64,000 nt of DNA from an uncultured Solirubrobacterales bacterium (GTDB lineage Bacteria > Actinomycetota > Thermoleophilia > Solirubrobacterales > JBBDJG01). Of the stretch, positions 56,504 to 64,000 are shown one piece after another. Made by a program: the position numbers and the translations under genes. How positions within the stretch are numbered: the stretch's first letter is position 1; each line of letters opens with the position of its first letter. The notes under the pieces were generated by a model. The model saw nothing but the letters and a program-made list of their open reading frames with translations, did no database searches and had not been told where the DNA came from. The stretch is from the NCBI GenBank assembly GCA_963768885.1, contig CAVYJN010000013.1:389-64388 (forward strand). Direction: 5' to 3'.

Positions 56504-58418
56504 CTAGGCGAGGATCACCATGCCCGCCGCGGGAAGATCGATGCGGACCGCGGACCGGCCGCCGTCGTCGGTGACCTCGACGGGGTCGCCTCCCGGCGGA
56601 TTCCCCAGGTCGGCGTCGGACCAGTCGCTTCGGTAGAGGACGTTCATGTGGCTGCGCGGCGGGTGCAGGTTACGGTCCACCGTGACCTGGCCGCCGCGCG
56701 CCTCGCCGCCGTGGCTGTTGAGGGCGACCAGCACCTCCTGGTCGAACATCACACGCGACCAGGCAACGATCTCGCCCTGCCGCGGCGGCTGATATCCCAG
56801 GTGGGCGAGGAACTTGACGTCACGCGCGTACTGCCGGCCGCGGCGCAGGGTCATGCCGACGCGGTTCCCACCGGTGACCACGCGGGCGATCGCGGCGATG
56901 CGCAGGTAGGCGGGGTGGCTCGGGTCGAAGAAGTGGCAGCCGCGGGTCCCGAAGGCCCCGAACGTGCCGCCGAACATGCCCTCGCGGATGTAGCGGTCGC
57001 GGTGGGGAATCTTCTGGTCGCTGCCGAGGCCCTCGATGCTCCATCGACAGGTCGTGGTAGGCCTCCGAGCCGTCGAACGCCTGCTCGGTACCGTAGTAGA
57101 TGCAGGGGATGCCCAGAGTGGTGAGCTGCAGGCCGACCGCGTGGGCGATCTGCTGGTGGCGAGCGGCGGAGCCATTGCGCGCGCTGAAACGAGCTTTGGG
57201 GTTGCGGTTGATCATGTCGTGATCGTCGAGCACCGACACGTGATACCTCCCCACCTCGCGGTGGGTGCCAAGCTCGTCGTGGCCTCCGAACTGCGCGAAG
57301 AATTCGCCAGGGTCGCCGAGCCCCTTGACCGTCCTGGTGAGGACGTCCATGGGGTCACCGAGATCGAGCGCGGCGTCGAGGTTCCGCCCGAACACATCCA
57401 GGTACGAGCGCGTGAGCCCGGCCCCGCCGGCGACCTCGCCAAGGATGAGGAAGTTCTGCTTGCCGATGCTCTGGCATATTCGTGAATGGCGCCGCAGAAA
57501 TTCCGCGACGCTTCGAAGGACACGTGCTTCACCGTGTCGACCCGGAACCCGTCGAGGTCGAGCAGGGCGATCCAGTACTGGTACACCTGGATGAGCGCGC
57601 GGAGCACCGCCTCGCTCTGGGGATCCGCACCAACGGCGGCGCCCTCCTGGACGCGGAGGTCCTTGAGCGAGAAGAAGTCGCCTCGTCTGAACTCGTTGCG
57701 AGGATCGAGCGGGTTCTCCCAGGGTGCGGGATCGAAATGATCGATGCTTCCGGCGCGGGTGTAGAAGTCGGGGTCCCTGAAATTCCTGGGGCCAGACGCC
57801 GTGGTCGCGGTCGCTGCCGACCGTCGAGAGCGCCTGACCGGTCTTGGAGCGCCAGCGAAACAGCGAGTGCGGCGGTTGAAAGCGGTAGGGCACGGTTTCG
57901 ACCGGTGTGCCGCCGCTCTCGTAGAACCAGTTGTTGCCCGAATGGTTGTAGATGATGTCGAGCAGGACGTAGATTCCCCTCTCGTGCGCCTCGTCGACCA
58001 CGTTGCGCAGGTCCTGCCGGGTCCCGAAGCGCGAATCGACGTCGAGGAAGTCCTGAACGCCGTAGCCGTGATACGTGGCGAGGTCCGGCCGCTGCTTGAA
58101 GACGGGCCCGATCCACAACGCGGTCACCCCCAGGCGACGAAGGTAGTCCAGCTTGCTGCTGATGCCTCTGATGCTCCCTCCCTGAAAGGTCTTGCCGGCC
58201 TCCATCCACGCGCGCTTGTCCGGGGCGGCGTGTCGGGTCGGGTCGGAGCGATCGAACAGGGGGCGCCCCGTTTCCTGCCCATCACTGAACCGATCGGGCA
58301 GCAGGAAGTAGAGAATCTGGTCGCGCCAGTCGAGTGGACTGGGGTGAGCGGGCGCCCGCGGCGTGAGGTCGGCGTCCGCGAGCCGTGAGGGAGACGACTG
58401 TTCGATCACGACCGGCAT
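56504..58418 (-). pseudogene. glycoside hydrolase family 13 (alpha-amylase-like), several frameshifts
   Basis: ..ILYFLLPDRFSDG.., ..GVTALWIGPVF..YHGYGVQDF.., ..GIYVLLDIIYNHSG.., ..LDGFRVDTVKHV.., ..FLILGEV.., ..VLDDHD.. and ..IPCIYYGTEQ.. are spread over three frames. Confidence 0.8.
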
Positions 58419-58736
58419 GAGGTTCCCCTTTCCGTCGGCTCGTCGCAGCGAACAACGCGCTGATGCCGAGCCCGCTCGTCCGCCAGCCCCATCGCTGCTT
58501 TCTCCTCTCCCGCCAGGAGCGCGTGCGTGCGGTGAGCCACGGCGAACTCAGACGATCTTCCGCTGTCGGAGATCACTGATTCTCGCCGCGGAGTACCCGA
58601 GGATGCCGTGAGTCTTCAAGTCGCGCGATTCTCGACGTGGGAGACCGGGACCTCCCGATTTCCCGCGCGCGAGCCGAGGGACCAGGCCGCGTGGAGAGAG
58701 GAGGGTGGTACTCTCGCCCTGCCTGTGGTCTGGAGC

Positions 58737-59846
58737 ATGGCCACGAGGCGGCTCAGGACGAAGGGGTCGACGCGGAATCGGGAACGGCGTACGCCGCGAC
58801 CGCGTGCCGTCGCACGGCCGGGCGGCGATGCCGTCCTGCATCCGGACCTCGTGATCGGAGGGCTGACTGAGCTCCTGCAGGGTGTGGCGCACCCCGTGGC
58901 GAACACCCTTGCCGACGTCGGTGCCTACGTCGGAAGGCCGCTCGAGGAACTCTTCCCGGTGCCTGCAACGGTGCCGGCGGTGACGGTGACGAGGCGCTGG
59001 CGGGTCGGCGGCCTCGTCAGCGAAGATCTCAGCTTTCGTTCCCTGCACGTGCCGCTCGAGCCGAAGTTCCGCCGGCGCTATCTCCGGGACTACCGCGAAA
59101 CGGCCCGTGTCTATGCGCGTCGCATTCGGCCGGCCGCCGCCCGCCGTCGGCCGCGCCTCCTGTATCTGCACGGCTACCTGCAGCCCGAGACTTTCGTCGA
59201 AGAGCTCGCGCTGCTGACCACCATGGCGCTGCAGCTCAACGTCGAGGTCATCCAGATGCAGGCGCCCTATCACGGCCGCCGGACGCCTCGGGCCTCGCGT
59301 TTCAGCGGTGAGTTCTACTGGACGGCCGACCTGGTGCGCAGCTTCGAGGCGCTACGCCAGACACTGCTCGACGCGCGGACGTTGCTCGGGTGGCTGCTCG
59401 CGAAGGACGACCGGCCGGTCGGAGTGGCGGGACTGAGCCTGGGAGGCGCCCTGACGTTGAGCCTGGCCTGCCTCGAAGAGCGCTTCGCGTTTGCCGTGCC
59501 GCTCGTCGCGCACATGGACCTCGCCGCCCTGGTCAGCGACGCGCCGGTGCTCACGAAGATGCGGCACGACCTCAAGTCCTTCGGTTGGCGGAAGAAGCAG
59601 TTCGACGACTTCATACGGGGCATCGGGTGGTACGAGTTGCGGCCGAAGCTTCGGGCGGACCGTGTGCTCATGATCGCCGCCTCGGAAGATCGGTTCTTCG
59701 ATCCACGCCTCGTCCGCCACTTGTGGCGGCGTTGGGGCAGGCCCGCGATTCACTGGTTCCCCACGAGTCACATCGGTTTCCTGCCGCACCTGCCGGAGGT
59801 GTTGGGTGTGATGCGCAAATTCATCGACGGGCGGACGATCGAATAG
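58737..59846 (+). CDS. alpha/beta hydrolase family protein
   Basis: ..LLYLHGYLQ.., ..VGVAGLSLGGALTL.. nucleophile elbow, ..IAASEDRFFDP.., ..TSHIGF.. The start is uncertain, as the ORF opens at GTG 58608. Confidence 0.8.
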   Translation: MATRRLRTKGSTRNRERRTPRPRAVARPGGDAVLHPDLVIGGLTELLQGVAHPVANTLADVGAYVGRPLEELFPVPATVPAVTVTRRWRVGGLVSEDLSFRSLHVPLEPKFRRRYLRDYRETARVYARRIRPAAARRRPRLLYLHGYLQPETFVEELALLTTMALQLNVEVIQMQAPYHGRRTPRASRFSGEFYWTADLVRSFEALRQTLLDARTLLGWLLAKDDRPVGVAGLSLGGALTLSLACLEERFAFAVPLVAHMDLAALVSDAPVLTKMRHDLKSFGWRKKQFDDFIRGIGWYELRPKLRADRVLMIAASEDRFFDPRLVRHLWRRWGRPAIHWFPTSHIGFLPHLPEVLGVMRKFIDGRTIE

Positions 59847-60061
59847 ACGCTGCGGGGGCCTGGACGCGCGGCGTGGGGACTCGAGGTCGCGGCTGGCGCC
59901 GGGCGAATCTCTCACTGTACAACGGCACGTGCCCGACCACCGGCACGGCAAGGTGGCGCTCGCCGTCGGCGCGGGATGCACGCCCGGCGCGACGATGGGG
60001 AGCTGGAGAGCCGCGGTGATCCTCTCTGGAGCGGAGAGCCCGGATCCTCCGGAGGAGGGTC

Positions 60062-60741
60062 GTGCAAGGGCTGACGCGCCACCCGAGCCTCGCCCAGCGA
60101 GCCATGGAGTCGGCGGCGATCGCCCGCATCTACGAGAGCCGGCTGTGGCGGCGGAGCCGGATCGCGACGCTGGCGCTCGGCATCTCCTTCGAGCGCGAGC
60201 AGCAGCTGATCGGACGCGCTGCCCGGCTCTCGCCCGGCGACTCGCTGCTCGACGTGGCCTGCGGCCCCGGCATCTACGCGCGACCCTTCGCGCGCCAAGT
60301 CGCCCCGGGGCTGGTCGTCGGCCTCGACCTCTCGCCGGCAATGCTGGGTCATGCTCGGCGCCGCGCTCGCGCCGCGGGGCTCGAAAACCTCGCGCTGGTT
60401 CGCGGCGACGCCCTGCGCCTGCCGTTCGCCGGCGGGAGATTCGACGCTGTGAACTGCTGCGGCGCGCTCCACCTGTTCCCGGATGCGGACCTGGCGCTGC
60501 GCGAGGTCCACCGCGTGCTGAAGCCGGGCGGGCGCTTCACCGTAGCCGCCTTCCGACGGGATCCGGTCGGTGGGCGACCCTCGGCAGCGCGCTCCGCCGG
60601 CGCATCATGGGCATCGACTCGTTCACCCCGGCGGAGCTGGAGGCACGCCTCGGCGCAGCCGGCCTGGGCGAGGTCGCGTGCCACCACGCCGGCGCGCAAT
60701 GGCTGATCATGTCCGCCCGGCGGGTCCCGACGCCCTCCTGA
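60062..60741 (+). pseudogene. class I SAM-dependent methyltransferase, one frameshift
   Basis: ..LLDVACGPGIYARPFA.. motif I, and ..FDAVNCCGALHLFPD..VLKPGGRF.. The frame changes near 60575 to give the C-terminus ..MGIDSFTPAELEARL.. Confidence 0.75.
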
Positions 60742-61010
60742 CCTCGTGTCCTGCGGGAGACGCCGCAAGGAGAACCCCGAGCTCGGCGTCGATCGCTTCG
60801 ACGAGGGCGTGCAGATCGGGGACGGCGTCCCAGTCGGCGTTGAAGCCCCAGAAGAGCCGCCCATCGTAGCTGAAGAGCGCGATGCCGACCGCCTGCCGGC
60901 ACGAGTGGATAGGCGGCCAGCAGCCGGGAGCCGAGGAAGTAGAGCGGGAAGGGAGGTCCCGGGACGTTCGTCACCACCACGTTGAAGGGCTGCGACACGG
61001 CCGCGTCGGT
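60707..61010 (-). pseudogene. orphan WS/DGAT 3'-end fragment
   Basis: ..FNVVVTNVPGPPFPLYFLGSRLLAAYPLVP|..IALFSYDGRLFWGFNADWDAVPDLHALVEAID.. parallels the C-terminus of the 4950-6479 pseudogene. The N-terminal ~350 codons are absent. It lies directly downstream of arsM. Confidence 0.7.
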
Positions 61011-61029
61011 CTTTGCGGGTTCCGACAGC

Positions 61030-61884
61030 CTACTCGCCGATGAAATGATCCGATGCGCCATGGGCGACGCTTGAAGGCTTCCGCGCGGAGACCTTCATGC
61101 TGGCCGCGGCTGCCAGATGCCGGCGTAGCTCGTCGGCGTCTCCGAAGGCGGCGAGCATTTCGGCCACCAGCGGGTCGGACGGCCGCGCGGCCGCCAGGAG
61201 CGCGGTGGCGTTCGTCTCACCCACCACCTTCACGTCGGTGAATCCCGCGTCCGCGATCGCCCGAAGGTAGTCGCCCTTGACCGAGGCACCGCCGACGCAG
61301 CCGACGTAGGCGTTGACGCTCGCTCGGACGCGCTCGGGGAGCGGCATTCCGAGGACGATGTCGGACACGAGCAGGCGGCCGCCGGGCCTGAGCACGCGGA
61401 AGGCCTCTCGGAAGACCCTCGGCTTGTCGGTCGAGAGGTTGATCACGCAATTCGAGATCACCACGTCGACCACGTCGTCCGGGACCGGGAGGTCCTCGAT
61501 CGTTCCGAGGCGGAACTCCGTGTTGCCGCTTCCGATCTTTCCCGCGTTCTGCCGCGCTTTCGCAATCATCTCGGGCGTCATGTCGACGCCGATCACGCGC
61601 CCCTCCTCGCCCACCGCCGCTGCCGCCAGGAACACGTCGAACCCGGCGCCCGAGCCCAAGTCGAGGACCACCTCGCCCGGACGGAGCGACGCGAGCGCCA
61701 CGGGGTTCCCGCATCCAAGGCCGAGGTTCGCACCCTCCGGCACGGCCGCGAGGTCTCGCTCGGCGTAGCCGACGGCGGACGCGACGTCGTCGGCGGCCGG
61801 CGGTGTCGAGCCCTCCGCGACGCGCGCATATCGCTCGCGCACGGCATCGCGTATCCGGCTGTCGGTCCTGCAAGAGGTGCTCAT
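61030..61884 (-). CDS. arsM: arsenite S-adenosylmethionine methyltransferase (ArsM-like)
   Basis: 284 aa from the ATG after AAGGAG. ..ANLGLGCGNP.., ..VLDLGSGAGFD.., ..VISNCVINLS.., ..YVGCVGGA.. The Cys pattern and motifs are typical of ArsM. Confidence 0.8.
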   Translation of the reverse strand: MSTSCRTDSRIRDAVRERYARVAEGSTPPAADDVASAVGYAERDLAAVPEGANLGLGCGNPVALASLRPGEVVLDLGSGAGFDVFLAAAAVGEEGRVIGVDMTPEMIAKARQNAGKIGSGNTEFRLGTIEDLPVPDDVVDVVISNCVINLSTDKPRVFREAFRVLRPGGRLLVSDIVLGMPLPERVRASVNAYVGCVGGASVKGDYLRAIADAGFTDVKVVGETNATALLAAARPSDPLVAEMLAAFGDADELRRHLAAAASMKVSARKPSSVAHGASDHFIGE

Positions 61885-61931
61885 CGGCGTCTCCTTTCCG
61901 TCCTTCACTTGGCACCGGGGCCGAGCGTCTC

Positions 61932-62780
61932 CTACGTCGCCGCCGCCAGCACACGGATGACGTGCGCCCCTTCGCGGCCGGGGCGATCGGGCGGCACGAC
62001 GTCGGAGGGCTGGTACAGCCGCGCCTCGCGGAAGCCCGCGGCGCGGAGCGCCGCGACCGTCTCGTCGGCCGAGGCGAAATGGTAGCGCACGGGCCCGCGC
62101 GCGAAGAGCTCGAGCCCCACGCGGAACAGCTCGGGGATCCACATCCCGTCGACATCGCAGGCGAGATGGAGGTCGGAGAGGTAGAGGCCGTGCGGGAAGT
62201 GGCCGAGCGTCGTCGCGACGCGCCCCCACAACGCCAGGACGGCGTCGCGGGCGAGGTAGCTGAGCAGGCCCTCGGTGATGATCGCGAGGCCGCGCGAGGG
62301 CTCGAGGTCCGCCGCGACGGCTGCGAGGCTCGCCGGGCCGTCCCTCGCGAGCGCGTCGAGCGGCCGCACGTCGTGGTTCGGGCCGCGCAGCCCGGCCAGG
62401 TCGAGCGCACGGCGCTTGTACACCGCCATGTCGGGCAGGTCGGTCTCGACGTAGCGCAGGTCGGGGAAGCGTCGCGCGAAACGATGGCCCCGGCCGGAGA
62501 GCCCGGCCGCGATCTCGACCACCTGTCCGATGCGCCCCGCTGCGATCTCGCGCTCGAGAAGGCCGTCCAGCGCGCGATGACGCGCCAGAAGCATCGCGTC
62601 GAGATTTGGCCGGCCCGAGAGCCGGCCGTACGTCGCGTCGAGCGGTGTGAGCGCGGCATGGAGGAGGACGCCGAGTCGCGTGGAGAGGGCAGGATCGGAG
62701 AGACCGGCGCGCGCCCACACGGCCGCGGTGTAGTGCGCGGTCGGGCTGATGCGCGATCCGTCCTGGGCGGTGGCGGTCAT
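61932..62780 (-). CDS. class I SAM-dependent (O-)methyltransferase
   Basis: [23 protein letters not shown].., ..[12 protein letters not shown].., ..[10 protein letters not shown].. The ATG overlaps the stop codon of the upstream oxidoreductase (ATGA). Confidence 0.7.
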   Translation of the reverse strand: MTATAQDGSRISPTAHYTAAVWARAGLSDPALSTRLGVLLHAALTPLDATYGRLSGRPNLDAMLLARHRALDGLLEREIAAGRIGQVVEIAAGLSGRGHRFARRFPDLRYVETDLPDMAVYKRRALDLAGLRGPNHDVRPLDALARDGPASLAAVAADLEPSRGLAIITEGLLSYLARDAVLALWGRVATTLGHFPHGLYLSDLHLACDVDGMWIPELFRVGLELFARGPVRYHFASADETVAALRAAGFREARLYQPSDVVPPDRPGREGAHVIRVLAAAT

Positions 62781-64000
62781 GCCGGCGTGCCCCGCTCGTG
62801 CCACCAGTCCTCGGCACGGAGATAGGCGCGCACGGCGTGGGCCGCCAGGGAGCGCACGGGTTCCGGCGGCCACGGGATCACCCGGCGGTCGACGAACGGG
62901 CATTCCGTGTTCTCCGTGCGTCGTTCGAGGAGAAGATCAGACGAGTGTCAGCGCATTCTGGTGCGTCATCGCGACGCCGTGTCCGATGCAGCCGAGCGCG
63001 TACACGCAGCGCGTATCGCCCAGACGTCCGAGCGCGGGCGTCAGGTCGAGCGTCACCGAGAAGGGACCGCCCCAGCGATGCGTCACCCGCACATCGCGGA
63101 GCACCGGGAACAGCATTCGCGCGTGCGTCTCGAGGTGGTGCCATGCCGACGGATCGGCGTCGCGCGACGATATCCGAGTGCCAGCCGAGCCCCACGGGGC
63201 CGCCGCCCATGACCAGCCGGCCGTCGGGGGTGATCCGGTAGTAGTGGATCAGGTTGCGGGCGTCCTCGACGCCCTCACGCCCGGCCCAGCCCAACTCCCT
63301 GAGGTGGAGCGGTGAGAGCGGCTCGGTGGCGATCATGTAGGTGAAGGCAGGGGTCTGCTTGCGCCGGAGCTCAGGGACGCGGATCGAGTAGGCGTTCGTA
63401 GCGAGGACCAGCTTCTCGCAGCGGACGGAGCCCTGGGGCGTCTCGAGTGTGAAGGCGTGCCCGCGCCGGAACGCGGTGACCGGGGTATGCTCGAACACCT
63501 GAGCGCCGAGCGCCAGCGCGAGCCGCTTCTCCTCACGGACGAGCTTCGCGGGATTGACGAGGACCAAGCGCGGCTCCCACATCGCGCCGAGGTAGTAGGG
63601 CGAGTCGACGCGAGCGCGCGCGGCGCCGGCGTCGAGCCAGTCGATGCCCTCGATGCCGAGACGCTTCACGAGCGCGATCTCGTCCTGCAGGCGTCGCACG
63701 TGGCCCGGGGCGAGCGCCATCCGGAGGAAACCCGGCCGGATCATGTCGCAGTCGAGGCCGTGCTCCCGTATGAGCGCCTCGAGCCCGTCGACGGCGCGCT
63801 CCATGTAGCGGTGCGCGTCGCGCACGAACGCGTGGCCCTTGAGCCGCGCCATGACCCCGAATCCGAGGCCGACGATGGTCATCGCGAAGGAGCCGTTCCG
63901 TCCGCTGGCGCCGTAGCCCACGACCTCGTGCTCGAGGACCGCGACCCGGAGCGCCGGCGCGGTCCGGCGAAGCGCGATCGCGGTCGAGAGCCCCTGGAAC
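62777..64000 (-). pseudogene. FAD-dependent oxidoreductase (DAO family, paralogue of 44472..45782), frameshifted; 5' end outside window
   Basis: ..[11 protein letters not shown].., ..[19 protein letters not shown].., ..[10 protein letters not shown].. and the C-terminus ..[21 protein letters not shown].. lie in different frames. Shifts near 63170 and 62945. Confidence 0.8.

Overview
High-GC (roughly 68-70% by eye) bacterial chromosomal segment. Its features suggest a Gram-negative, possibly delta-proteobacterial, Myxococcota or Binatota-like genome: sigma-54-type promoters, an L,D-transpeptidase, and Myxococcus-type cysteine-rich repeats in secreted proteins. The taxon is not provable from the sequence alone.

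Content, left to right:
- galK 3' end plus a truncated sugar ABC operon
- hsp20 copy A
- patatin and a wax-ester synthase (WS/DGAT), both frameshifted
- ftsH
- an ~11 kb block bracketed by 361-bp direct repeats, holding CsbD, DUF3309, a lipase-like gene, a BCAM0308-family gene, decayed hydrolases, hemolysin III, a CrtI-like oxidoreductase and a thiolase
- an intact alpha/beta hydrolase and hsp20 copy B, inverted relative to copy A
- an atu/liu-like acyl-CoA carboxylase cluster (ACAD, carboxyltransferase beta, biotin carboxylase alpha, enoyl-CoA hydratase, AtuA/DUF1446). It is split by a DUF385 gene and a 1133-1154 aa zinc-ribbon/adenylate cyclase/AAA/TPR regulator.
- two large secreted repeat proteins
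- a lower-GC stretch (about 37.2-42.9 kb) of decayed genes
- assorted oxidoreductases, hydrolases and methyltransferases, including ArsM

I saw no rRNA, tRNA, CRISPR array, transposase, integrase or recognisable defence system, and I cannot point to a convincing novel multi-gene system.

The most unusual properties are structural:
1. +/-1 frameshifts are strongly clustered in particular gene blocks, while long neighbouring genes are intact.
2. There are many short remnants of genes that also occur intact in the window, mostly 3' ends. One of them is a mosaic ORF at 55.7-56.0 kb.
3. There are repeat pairs: direct hydrolase repeats and inverted hsp20 modules with covarying terminators.
4. There are recurrent upstream motifs: sigma-54-like promoters, a TACTACGCACG motif upstream of ftsH and an Hsp20-like gene, and a conserved pyrimidine-rich hsp20 leader.

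All family assignments come from motif recognition by eye, not from database searches.
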